Part shown: positions 18,206 to 27,147 of the stretch, piece by piece
Layout: each line of letters opens with the position of its first letter
Numbering within the stretch: position 1 is the stretch's first letter
DNA from: a virus
Taxonomy: Duplodnaviria; Caudoviricetes
Length of the DNA: 64,000 nt
Reading direction: 5' to 3' (one strand)
Virus record (IMG/VR): IMGVR_UViG_2511231028_000004
Coordinates: 1 to 64,000 of that record
Translations under genes and position numbers: made by a program
The notes under the pieces: generated by a model
What the model was told of the DNA's origin: nothing
What the model saw: the letters and a program-made list of their open reading frames with translations, nothing else
Database searches by the model: none

Positions 18206-18329
18206 GCCGCGCGCTTCGATCCTCGGCGGGTCCTGGTGGAACGAGGGCAACGCGGGCTCGCGCCACGCGAACCTCGACAACTGGGCGGACAACTCGAACG
18301 AGAACATCGGCGCCCGCGGCCGCAGTGAC
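18206..18329 (+). repeat. DGR template repeat (TR)
   Basis: Contains 7 in-frame AAC codons and 23 adenines; lies between avd and RT. Confidence 0.97.
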
Positions 18330-18524
18330 GACGGCTCCGTGACTATCGCTCGGCACAGGCCACGGCCTCGCCGGCCGGTCACAGCACAACTGTGGTCAGC
18401 TCGACTCTCCTGCTTCGGCAAACACACTGCGCGGTCCGGCAGAGCGGGGCGTAGCGGCGGTTCAGCGCAGAACTGCCGTCGAGACCCGCGGCCGGCTTCA
18501 GCTGCAATTGGAATGGGGCTCGCA

Positions 18525-19523
18525 ATGACGCGACGCTACCGCAACCTCATCGGCAAGATCACCTCGCCCCGCAACATGGAGGCGGCGCTTCGCCTGACCG
18601 CCGCCGGCAAGCGGCTGACGCCTGACTATCTCGACTTCAAGGAATTCTCCGCGCTCAACCTCGCCGACCTCGGCCGGGACATGGCGAGCGGTCGTTATCG
18701 GGCCGGTGCGCCGCACGAATTCTTCATTCTCGACCCCAAGCGCCGGCTGATCCAGGCGCTGCCGTTCCGGGACCGGATCGCCCAGCAGGCGCTCTGCCTG
18801 GTCATCGGCCCGATCTTCGATGCTGCCATGCTGCCGCGCGCCTATGCCTGCCGGACCGGCAAGGGCACTCATGCCGGCGTCGTCCAGTTGCAAAGCGATC
18901 TGCGGCGGGAAGCGCGCGGCGGCGAGCTCCACTTCCTCAAGACCGACTTTTCGCGCTACTTCGCCTCGATCGAGCGGGGCGTGCTGTGGCGGCTCATCGA
19001 GGCGAAGATCTCCTGCCGGGCGACGCTTGAGCTGATCGAGGCAATGGTGCCTCGGACGGGAACGGGACTGCCGATCGGCAGCCTGACCTCGCAAATTTTC
19101 GCCAACGTCTACGCCGGCGCCACGCTCGACCGTCATTTGCAGCAGCATCTCGGCGAACGGCTCTGGTACCGCTACATGGACGATCTCGTCGTGCTCGGCC
19201 GCGAACCTGCGCATTTGCGCAGGTTGAAGGATGAGATCGAATCCTACGCCGCGCGCGAGCTGGGCCTGCGCTTCTCCAAATGGCAGGTCTCCAGCGTCTC
19301 CCGCGGCATCAACTTCCTCGGCTACCGGATCTGGGCCAACCACAAGCTCTTGCGCCGAGACAGCGTCATCCGCGCCCGCCGCACCATCGCGGCCCTTCGA
19401 GCCCGCGGCGATGACGAGCGCCTGCGCGAATTCCTGGCCGCGTGGCTTGGTCACGCCAGCTGGGCCGACAGCGGCAATCTGATCAGGAGCCTCGGGTTGC
19501 CACAACAACGGGAGAACCGGTGA
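18525..19523 (+). CDS. DGR reverse transcriptase
   Basis: FRDRIAQQAL, GKGTHAG, FLKTDFSRYF, GLPIGSLTSQ, RYMDD, INFLGY. Confidence 0.96.
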   Translation: MTRRYRNLIGKITSPRNMEAALRLTAAGKRLTPDYLDFKEFSALNLADLGRDMASGRYRAGAPHEFFILDPKRRLIQALPFRDRIAQQALCLVIGPIFDAAMLPRAYACRTGKGTHAGVVQLQSDLRREARGGELHFLKTDFSRYFASIERGVLWRLIEAKISCRATLELIEAMVPRTGTGLPIGSLTSQIFANVYAGATLDRHLQQHLGERLWYRYMDDLVVLGREPAHLRRLKDEIESYAARELGLRFSKWQVSSVSRGINFLGYRIWANHKLLRRDSVIRARRTIAALRARGDDERLREFLAAWLGHASWADSGNLIRSLGLPQQRENR

Positions 19524-20845
19524 TGGCCGATCGGTCGGCAATCGAATGGACGGATGCCAGTTGGAATCCGATCCGCGCCCGCGTCATGGAGATCCAGAAC
19601 GACGGCTCCGGTAGAGAGCGCATCGGATGGCACTGCGAGCACGTCAGCGACGGTTGCCGCAACTGTTATGCGGAGGGCTTCAACCGGAGACTTGGCACTG
19701 GCCGGGACTTTAAACCGGGGGAGATGTTTCGTGAGGAACACAAAGGCTTCAACAACGGCGAGGTGAAGCTGTTCCTCGATGAGCAGATGTTGACCCAGCC
19801 GCTTCGCTGGAAGAAGCCTCGCAAGATCTTCGTTTGCTCAATGACGGACGCCTTCGCGGACTTCGTCACCGACGAGATGCTCGACAAGATGTTCGCCGTC
19901 ATGGCGCTGTGCCCGCAGCATACGTTCCAGGTGCTGACGAAGCGCGCGAAGCGGATGCGGGCATATATGGAACGGCTGTTCGGCTCGAAGGTCGCGCCGC
20001 GAGGCATTGCCTGTTCGCCGTGGAGCGCGCTGCTAAACCGCGCCGAACGAAGCTGGATGGTGGCTAACCCGAACTACATGACCGACATCCGGCCGTTACT
20101 GCTTGCGGGCTTGCAGGGCCGCACGCTTCCTTCCGGGCCCCTCCCGAACGCCTGGCTCGGCATCTCGGCCGAGCGGCAGCAGGAAGCAAATGAGCGGATT
20201 CCGGAGCTGCAGAAGACGCCGGCTGCGGTCCGCTTCGTCTCGCTTGAGCCGCTGCTGGGCCCGATCGACCTCGAGGACATCGTTCGCCACGGCGACGGGT
20301 GCGAGGACCACCACAGCGCGCTCGAATGCGACGTCGCCATCGAGGACGACCAGGAATTCCACGGCGCCGTACTCGACTGGGTCATTGTCGGTGGCGAGAG
20401 CGGCAACCGCGCTCGCCCGATGCACCCGGATTGGGTGCGGGGCCTTCGCGATCAGTGCGACCGAAACGACACGGCGTTTTTCTTCAAGCAGTGGGGCGAA
20501 TGGGGTATGCCGACCGATGATCTCGGCAACCTCGACTGGCCCTATCATCCCGATCACGATCGCACGCACTGGTTTGACCGTCGCAGCTGTGTTCGACCGA
20601 TCGAGAGCGGATGGTCAGATAAGTACCAATGTGGTGGCGGAGCGTATCCGCCGCCGCCATTCGATCTTTTCCAGACGCCCGACTACCTCGACCAGGTCGC
20701 GCGCTGTCCGCAGTGCGGCTGCGGTGAAGCCAAGAAGTGTCAGGGAAACGCCGCTCGCGCGGCAGTCACATGGGTAGGCAAGAAAAAGGCCGGTCGCCTC
20801 CTCGACGGAGCCGAGCATAACGCATTCCCGAAGGTGCCGGGATGA
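19523..20845 (+). CDS. Phage Gp37/Gp68 (DUF5131) family protein
   Basis: SAIEWTDASWNP, C-x6-C-x2-C (CEHVSDGCRNC), FVCSMTD, FQVLTKR, WVIVGGESG, FFFKQWG. Confidence 0.9.
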   Translation: MADRSAIEWTDASWNPIRARVMEIQNDGSGRERIGWHCEHVSDGCRNCYAEGFNRRLGTGRDFKPGEMFREEHKGFNNGEVKLFLDEQMLTQPLRWKKPRKIFVCSMTDAFADFVTDEMLDKMFAVMALCPQHTFQVLTKRAKRMRAYMERLFGSKVAPRGIACSPWSALLNRAERSWMVANPNYMTDIRPLLLAGLQGRTLPSGPLPNAWLGISAERQQEANERIPELQKTPAAVRFVSLEPLLGPIDLEDIVRHGDGCEDHHSALECDVAIEDDQEFHGAVLDWVIVGGESGNRARPMHPDWVRGLRDQCDRNDTAFFFKQWGEWGMPTDDLGNLDWPYHPDHDRTHWFDRRSCVRPIESGWSDKYQCGGGAYPPPPFDLFQTPDYLDQVARCPQCGCGEAKKCQGNAARAAVTWVGKKKAGRLLDGAEHNAFPKVPG

Positions 20846-22077
20846 GCGACCTTCGCCGCATCGATCCAAAACCGTTCCTGCCGCGCATCCCGAAGGGCCC
20901 GAAGCCCGACGTCGGCGAGCGTCCGGAACTGCAATGGCTCAAGATCGACCGCTTGCGCATCGATCCGCGCTATCAGCGCGAGATCGGCCGACGCGGTGCC
21001 GACAACATCGTCGCGATCGTGCCGAAGTTCAAATGGGCCAAGTTCACGCCCGTGGTGGTGGCGCCGATCGGCGAGGGCCTGTTCGCCGTCATCGACGGCC
21101 AGCATCGCGCCACGGCCGCCGCTGCGTGCGAATTCGAGAGCGTGCCCTGCGTCATCATCCAGGTCGACCAGGCCGATCAGGCCGATGCCTTCGTCGCCAT
21201 CAACGCCAACGTCACTGCGATGTCGCCGCTGCAACTGCATGCTGCGCGCCTGGCTGCCGGCGATAAAATCGCCGACGAACTGACGCAAGCCTGCGAGGCG
21301 GCCGGCGTCAGCATCTGCCGCTATCCGGTGCCGGCGAACAAGATGAAGCCGGGCGAGACGCTGGCGGTCGGCATGCTGCAATCGGCGCTGGCCAAATATG
21401 GACGCGACGTCCTGGTCGCCGCGCTGTCCTGCGTCACCAAGACCCGCAAGGGCAATCCCGGCATGATCCGCAAGGCGATTGTGCAGGCGTTGTGCTCCGT
21501 GATCGAGGCTGACCGGGAATGGCTCGGCGATCTGCCGCGACTGATTTTCGCCATGCAGACCTTCGACTTCGCCGCGCAGTTCAACCGCGCGTCGGCGGCG
21601 GCGATCGAAAGCGGCGAGGGCGTTGCCGCGCTGCTGATCGACGCGATCGCCGCCCATCTTGATGGCAAGTTCGAAGCTTCAGTCCCTGCGGAGGCGGCCG
21701 AAGAGGTCACGACGCCTCGCAGGGACGGAAAGGCTCCGGTGCGGGCGGCAAAATCAGCGCCGATCGAGCCTCCGGTGGCCAAGGCTCCCGGCCGTCCATC
21801 CGCCACCGGTCCGGTCACGATCGGGCGCGACTTCATCAGCCGCGGCGGCCGGCGCATCGAGGTCGCTCCGCGCGCTGCGCTGCTCTTCGCCGCCGTGCAC
21901 AAGGCGATGCCGAATTGCGTCGGTGACGAATGGCTGGTCTCTAAACTCTGGACGGTACGTCCGCCGAATGCCGGCGATCTGATCGACCAGATCGTCCGCA
22001 ATCTCGACCTTGCCAGTCTCGGGCTCGAGATCCGCACCCACCGCGGCGTCGGCCGCCAACTGGTCGAGGTGGCATGA
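20842..22077 (+). CDS. ParB-N-like domain protein with C-terminal winged helix
   Basis: IDPRYQR, VIDGQHR; C-terminal RTHRGVGRQL (OmpR-like wing). Confidence 0.75.
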   Translation: MSDLRRIDPKPFLPRIPKGPKPDVGERPELQWLKIDRLRIDPRYQREIGRRGADNIVAIVPKFKWAKFTPVVVAPIGEGLFAVIDGQHRATAAAACEFESVPCVIIQVDQADQADAFVAINANVTAMSPLQLHAARLAAGDKIADELTQACEAAGVSICRYPVPANKMKPGETLAVGMLQSALAKYGRDVLVAALSCVTKTRKGNPGMIRKAIVQALCSVIEADREWLGDLPRLIFAMQTFDFAAQFNRASAAAIESGEGVAALLIDAIAAHLDGKFEASVPAEAAEEVTTPRRDGKAPVRAAKSAPIEPPVAKAPGRPSATGPVTIGRDFISRGGRRIEVAPRAALLFAAVHKAMPNCVGDEWLVSKLWTVRPPNAGDLIDQIVRNLDLASLGLEIRTHRGVGRQLVEVA

Positions 22078-23150
22078 CGCTGCTCGCCGCCTACGATCGC
22101 GCATGCCGGTCTCTCGCCGAGGTCAAGGACGCCGGCGAAGTCGTGCAGATCCACGACCTTTTCGAGCACGTCAAGCTCTATGCCAGACAGATCCAGGACA
22201 AGGCGCTGCTCGAAGAAGCCGTCGTTGCGCAGATGCGAGCCGACAGGCGCCTGGGCGAGATCATCGGTGCGCTCAAGGAAGCCGGCAGGATCTCGGACGG
22301 TCGCAAGCCGAAAGACGATGGCTCCGACCGCGTCACCCTGAAGGACATCGGCGTCAAGGACTGGAAGCTCTCGTCACGGGCCCAGAAGGCGGCCGCGCTG
22401 TCCCCGGACGCATTCAAGCAGATCGAGGAGGCCGCGCGCCAGAAGGTTCGCGGCGGCGGCGCCATCCTGGTCGATCCGATTCAATCGGCTGCGAAGGAGG
22501 CCGAGATCGCCGGCCGCCGCGCCGCGCATGCGGCGCGCGCCGAGACCGGCGGCTGTGTCGCGGACCTGGAAGCTCTTGTCGCATCGGGCTTCCGCGCAGG
22601 CTTCGTCGGCATGGACCCCCAATGGCATTTCAAGACCCGTTCCGATGCAGGCGAGGGGCGGTCCGCCGGAATCCACTACAAGACGGAAGAGATCGAGAAG
22701 ATCAAGAATATTCCAGTCGGCGCGATAGGCGCGGACGATTCGGCGATCGGCATGTGGACGGTCGACTGGTGCCTCGAGGCCGCCTTCGCGCTGATGCGCC
22801 ATTACGGCTATGAGCCCGTCACCAAGCTCTACACCTGGGCCAAGACCAATAACGATGGCAAGTTGCTCGCCCACGATGATTCCAGCTGGCACCTCGGCAT
22901 GGGGTATTGGACGCGTGCCAACCCGGAGGATTGCTGGCTCGGAATCCGCGGCAAACCGAAGCGGCTCTATGCCGACGTCCGTCAGCTGATCGTTGCGCCT
23001 TTGATGGAGCACTCTCGCAAGCCCGATGAGTGGCTCGCGCGCTCCGAGCGCCTGGTCGAGGGCCCCTATATCGAATTGAACGCGCGGCGTCCTCGGAAAG
23101 GCTGGTTCAGCTGGGGGGACGAGCTCGAATGGACGGGGGTGGCAGCATGA
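22074..23150 (+). CDS. MT-A70 family N6-adenine methyltransferase
   Basis: MDPQW, LYTWAK, GMGYWTRANPEDC, HSRKPDE, YIELNAR..GWFSWGDE. Confidence 0.9.
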   Translation: MTLLAAYDRACRSLAEVKDAGEVVQIHDLFEHVKLYARQIQDKALLEEAVVAQMRADRRLGEIIGALKEAGRISDGRKPKDDGSDRVTLKDIGVKDWKLSSRAQKAAALSPDAFKQIEEAARQKVRGGGAILVDPIQSAAKEAEIAGRRAAHAARAETGGCVADLEALVASGFRAGFVGMDPQWHFKTRSDAGEGRSAGIHYKTEEIEKIKNIPVGAIGADDSAIGMWTVDWCLEAAFALMRHYGYEPVTKLYTWAKTNNDGKLLAHDDSSWHLGMGYWTRANPEDCWLGIRGKPKRLYADVRQLIVAPLMEHSRKPDEWLARSERLVEGPYIELNARRPRKGWFSWGDELEWTGVAA

Positions 23151-23458
23151 CGTCTCGCTCCAGGGAAGAAAACCGCGACTACATGCGCGACTACATGCGT
23201 GGGCATCGGAAGCGCAGCCGCGAGGCCGATCGCGCCCGCAAGCGCGCCGAGTACAAGTCCGAGGCGCCCGACATCTGGAGCAAGGCCGACTTCGTCGACC
23301 GCAGGCCCGCACTCTACGACCCGCTACGTGATGGCCCATTGCATCACGCCGACCTCACGGCGTGGTTGATGCGAGACCCGCCGATCGGGCGCCGTGCGAT
23401 CGACCAGCACCAGGCGCGCACGTCCGTTCGCTCGATATCGCTGGCCGGAGAGAGGTAA
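23147..23458 (+). CDS. Hypothetical basic protein
   Basis: ATGA overlap; REENRDYMRDYMR. Confidence 0.65.
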   Translation: MTSRSREENRDYMRDYMRGHRKRSREADRARKRAEYKSEAPDIWSKADFVDRRPALYDPLRDGPLHHADLTAWLMRDPPIGRRAIDQHQARTSVRSISLAGER

Positions 23459-23462
23459 AGCC

Positions 23463-23546
23463 ATGAGGTTCTACGGCTGGATCTGCGCTCTTCTCGTCAT
23501 CTTCGCCGCCGGCGTCGGCCTCGCGTATCTGCTCGGAGCCATCTAG
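23463..23546 (+). CDS. 27-aa single-TM peptide (not in ORF track)
   Basis: MRFYGWICALLVIFAAGVGLAYLLGAI*; RBS GAGAGG. Confidence 0.5.
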   Translation: MRFYGWICALLVIFAAGVGLAYLLGAI

Positions 23547-23548
23547 CC

Positions 23549-23665
23549 ATGATCCGGGCTCTTCTCCTCGCTCTCCTCTTCGCGGCAGGCCTGACGAGCC
23601 TGATGGCCGGCCATCCGCGATCCGGTTTCAACTGGAGTCATTCATGTCAGGGGTGCGCGCGATGA
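23549..23665 (+). CDS. 38-aa signal-peptide-like protein (not in ORF track)
   Basis: MIRALLLALLFAAGLTSLMAGHPRSGFNWSHSCQGCAR*. Confidence 0.45.
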   Translation: MIRALLLALLFAAGLTSLMAGHPRSGFNWSHSCQGCAR

Positions 23666-23693
23666 CCGGGCAGCAGCTGGCTGGAGTGCGGCC

Positions 23694-23915
23694 ATGACGC
23701 GAAGACTTCCGTTCTTCAACGCGCACAGCATCTCCATCGGAACGTGCTCCGATCCGTTATGCAGGGCCGTCCATGTTCATCTGCTCGACGAAGACGAGCG
23801 CCCGCATGCACAGCTCACGCTGAACTGCGACAAGCTCGAAGACGTGATCGCCGACCTGCGCTCCGTTCGCGACCGCATTGTCATGGGCGGCGCAAAGAAG
23901 GGGCTCGACAATTGA
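23694..23915 (+). CDS. Hypothetical phage protein
   Basis: CSDPLCRAVH; coupled ORF. Confidence 0.65.
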   Translation: MTRRLPFFNAHSISIGTCSDPLCRAVHVHLLDEDERPHAQLTLNCDKLEDVIADLRSVRDRIVMGGAKKGLDN

Positions 23916-24262
23916 TCCGACGCCACCGCCTCGCCAATCGCCGTCGCCATGAAACCATCGCGATCGAGCACGAAGGCCAGCGCTACAAGGTCGGGCTCGG
24001 CAGGGAACTGCTCTGCGACGGCAGCTGCGGCGGGTCGGTGCGCTACGGTCCGATCGCAGAAGTCTTTATCACGGCGCAGAAGGTCAACACGCAGGCCGAC
24101 GTTCTGGCGAAAGATGGCGCCATCCTGATGTCGCTGGCCCTGCAATTCGGCTGTCCGCTGGACGTCATTGCCCACGCCATGAAGCGCAACCCCGATGGCT
24201 CGCCGGCCTCGCCGCTGGGGCGGGCTGCGGCTTACCTGGTCGAGGAGAACTCGAATGTCTGA
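23912..24262 (+). CDS. Stand-alone TSCPD-like domain (class II RNR C-terminal part)
   Basis: RLANRRRHET, EVFITAQK, AILMSLALQFGCPL..I..A..R; TTG start overlapping upstream stop. Confidence 0.7.
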   Translation: MIRRHRLANRRRHETIAIEHEGQRYKVGLGRELLCDGSCGGSVRYGPIAEVFITAQKVNTQADVLAKDGAILMSLALQFGCPLDVIAHAMKRNPDGSPASPLGRAAAYLVEENSNV

Positions 24263-24779
24263 CACCGAATGGTATCCGGCCGATTGGGTTGACGAGACAT
24301 GCCCGCCGGCGAAGAAAGCACCTGCCGAATATATTGTGCCGATCGAGACTGGCTTCGAGCTCGGATATGTCCGCACCGGCGATGCCGCAGCGGCGAAGTT
24401 CGCCGCGCACTACAACACGATCTACAATCAGCCCCTGTCGCTCGGCGACGTCGTGGATTTCATCAGCTGCGAGCGCCTCGGCGACGTGGATGTGACGCTG
24501 CGGCGCGACGGGACCTATGTCCTGCATGGGACGCTTCCGCGCGTTTACAACGCCCTGATCGTCGACGGCGATATCGATACGCTTTGCGACAGCTTCGAGG
24601 AGATGACGCGGCGCATCCAGGGTCGCGGGTGGGACGAACTCGGTACACTCCTTCTGACCGACGTCGACGAACGCCGTATGAGCATGAGCTTTGCGAATTG
24701 GTCGGACCCCGTGCCGTACCTCTTCGAGATTGTCGACGGCAAACCCGTGTTCACTCCTGTGCCGGTGGCGAAGCAATGA
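24255..24779 (+). CDS. Hypothetical phage protein
   Basis: RBS GAGGAG. Confidence 0.7.
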   Translation: MSDTEWYPADWVDETCPPAKKAPAEYIVPIETGFELGYVRTGDAAAAKFAAHYNTIYNQPLSLGDVVDFISCERLGDVDVTLRRDGTYVLHGTLPRVYNALIVDGDIDTLCDSFEEMTRRIQGRGWDELGTLLLTDVDERRMSMSFANWSDPVPYLFEIVDGKPVFTPVPVAKQ

Positions 24780-24940
24780 CCGACATCGAGCGCCAGATAC
24801 TCCTCAACCAGATCGCCATCCTCGAGGCGCTGATGCCGCACGGCTCGGCCGGCCCTGAAGGTACGCGCGAGATCCTGCGCAAGCGCTACCGCGAGAGCGC
24901 CGAACTCGTCCGCCAACACTCACCCAACCCGCAACGCTGA
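24776..24940 (+). CDS. Hypothetical phage protein
   Basis: ATGA overlap. Confidence 0.55.
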   Translation: MTDIERQILLNQIAILEALMPHGSAGPEGTREILRKRYRESAELVRQHSPNPQR

Positions 24941-24955
24941 AGGGAATCCGCCGCC

Positions 24956-26935
24956 ATGGATATCAAGGTCCCGCTGAAGATGCTCAAGTTCGGCCACGAG
25001 GACGGCGAGGGCATCAACGCCCGCGTCGCCGGCCGGGAAGACGGCATCGCCGCGCTCGCCGCGAACATCTTCGCCAACCGGTCGGACGATAACCCCTCCG
25101 GCCTGATCGAGAACCTGATCGTCAAGGACGCAGGCGAGGGCTTCTATTCGGTCGCCAACGGCAACCGCCGTCTCGCAGCGCTGCGCATGATCGAGGCCGA
25201 AGGCTCGGAGATGCCGGTCCCCTGCACCATGCACCAGGTCGACGAGACCAAGGCCTTCGAATATTCGCTAACCACGGCGATCACCGCCGAGCAGCTCCAC
25301 CCGGTCGACCAGTACGAGGCTTTCGCCCGCCTCGAGGAGCACGGCAAGACGCAGGAGGAGATCGCCCAGCAATACGGCATGGCGGGAAAGCAGGTCCGCC
25401 AGGCGCTGGCGCTGGGGCGGCTCAGCCCGAGGATCCGCGACGCCTGGCGCAAGGGCGATATCAAGGCGGAAGTTGCCCAGGCCTTCACGCTCGCGCTCGA
25501 CCACGGCACGCAGGACAAGCTGTTTGCCCAGCTCGACAAGGCCCATGCCGTCACCGTGCACAACGTCAAGCGCGAGCTCGGCGCCTACGCCACGGACGAA
25601 GAGATCACGCAGCTGCTCGATGTCATTGGCGCCGAGGCGTACCAGTCTGCCGGCGGCATTGTCACCGTCGACCTCTTCGGTAAATCCCACATCATCAGCG
25701 ACGAGGCGCTGCTGAAGCATCTGGCGCGGCAGCTGCTGATCTCGAAGTGCGAGGAGCTGACCTCGGCAGGCTGGGGCTGGGCGGAAATCCTGGCCGATCT
25801 GCCCTCCGGCGCGCGGCACTGGCCCATCTCGGAGGTCAAGACGAAGATCTTCGAGGGCGACGAAGAGCAGCGGCTCGAACAGATCCGGGCCCGGTTGACC
25901 GCGATCGACGAAGAAGACGAGGCCAGCGATACTATCATCTCCGAAGAGACCGAGCAGGAGCAGGATCGCCTCGCGAGCGAGGCCGATACGATCGACCAGG
26001 CGGTCAAGCTCCGCAGCTACCCCGACAAGAAGCGCAAAACGCTCGGCTGCATCGTCACGATCGAGGACGGCCGGCTGATCGTGCTCGCCGGCATCAAGCG
26101 CCCTGAGGAAGCCAGGGCGCCGCAGTCCCGGAACGACGACGACATCGGCCCGGCAGGACCTGCCGCGACGTCCGCACCAGCTGCGAAAGCCGCTCCCGAA
26201 GAGCCGGAGATCTCCAATGCGCTGCTGCATCGTCTCTCGGTCCAGCTCACCCAGGCGGCCTCGACCGCATTGATCCAGGACACGCCCCTGGCGCTCGCGG
26301 TCCTGCTCGCCGGCTTCGACACCTACGGCGGCAAGGGCGTCAAGGTTTCCGTCAGCGGCCTCGGCATGGGCGGCGCGCCCGGCAAGCTGTTCGGGCAGCC
26401 CGACGACCTTCCGCGCACGCTGGCCCTCGCCAGCAAGCTCAAGCCCGCCGAGAAGCTGGACCTCCTGGTCCAGGTCGCCGCCGGCGCGCTCGACTTCCAG
26501 AACAAGAGCCTCGACGGCGGCGCCGACCAGCACGATTCCATCGTCTCGATCTGCAACGCGATCGAGCCCAAGGCCTTGAACGCGGCGCTGCGCGGCGCCT
26601 TCGACGCCAAGGACTATTTCGCCGGCGTCAACAAGGCGCTGTGCCTCAAGGCGATCGAGGAAGCCCTGGGCCCCGACCTTGCCCGCCAGCAGGCCAAGAA
26701 TCCGAAAGCGGAGATCGCTGCGTTCGCATTCGAGAATGTCCCCACCACCGGCTGGCTGCCGCTTCAGCTGCGGGCGAAGGGCTATGACGGGCCGCCGGTG
26801 AAGAAGCCGGCCGGCAAGCTGGCAGCGGCGCCGGCGAAGGCGAAGAAGTTCGCCAAGGCTGCGGCCAAGTCCGCGCCGAAGAAGCCCGCGAAGAAGCCCG
26901 CCAAAAAGCCGGCAAAGAAGCGAAAGGCCGCGTGA
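24956..26935 (+). CDS. ParB/RepB/Spo0J family protein with Lys/Ala-rich tail
   Basis: LIENLIV, VANGNRRLAAL, LHPVDQYEAF, HTH EEIAQQYG..VRQALAL. Confidence 0.9.
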   Translation: MDIKVPLKMLKFGHEDGEGINARVAGREDGIAALAANIFANRSDDNPSGLIENLIVKDAGEGFYSVANGNRRLAALRMIEAEGSEMPVPCTMHQVDETKAFEYSLTTAITAEQLHPVDQYEAFARLEEHGKTQEEIAQQYGMAGKQVRQALALGRLSPRIRDAWRKGDIKAEVAQAFTLALDHGTQDKLFAQLDKAHAVTVHNVKRELGAYATDEEITQLLDVIGAEAYQSAGGIVTVDLFGKSHIISDEALLKHLARQLLISKCEELTSAGWGWAEILADLPSGARHWPISEVKTKIFEGDEEQRLEQIRARLTAIDEEDEASDTIISEETEQEQDRLASEADTIDQAVKLRSYPDKKRKTLGCIVTIEDGRLIVLAGIKRPEEARAPQSRNDDDIGPAGPAATSAPAAKAAPEEPEISNALLHRLSVQLTQAASTALIQDTPLALAVLLAGFDTYGGKGVKVSVSGLGMGGAPGKLFGQPDDLPRTLALASKLKPAEKLDLLVQVAAGALDFQNKSLDGGADQHDSIVSICNAIEPKALNAALRGAFDAKDYFAGVNKALCLKAIEEALGPDLARQQAKNPKAEIAAFAFENVPTTGWLPLQLRAKGYDGPPVKKPAGKLAAAPAKAKKFAKAAAKSAPKKPAKKPAKKPAKKRKAA

Positions 26936-27147
26936 TGACCTGCCGTCACCTGCACAGATCGGCAGAGGCCTATCGCGTCGCGCCCGATGGTGCCGAGGCG
27001 CCGGCCATCGTGCTGCTGTGTGGCTGGGCCGAAAGCGCGCCGCCCCAGCTGGTCGACGTTCCCAGATGGATGCAGCGCGAAGCCCTCGGCGGCCATCTAT
27101 GGCGCGAGGGCGATTGCGAGAAGTGCCCATGCTTCGAGGCTGCGTGA
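26932..27147 (+). CDS. Small Cys-rich hypothetical protein
   Basis: CRH..LLCGW..CEKCPCFE; coupled. Confidence 0.65.
   Translation: MMTCRHLHRSAEAYRVAPDGAEAPAIVLLCGWAESAPPQLVDVPRWMQREALGGHLWREGDCEKCPCFEAA

Noticed and set aside
17596-18329. CRISPR array or simple duplication
   Set aside because: Only two copies, with adenine-specific mismatches and an adjacent RT and avd: this is a DGR.
18525-19523. Group II intron, retron or Abi RT
   Set aside because: Short RT with no maturase/endonuclease domain; GLPIGSLTSQ signature and TR/VR/avd context.
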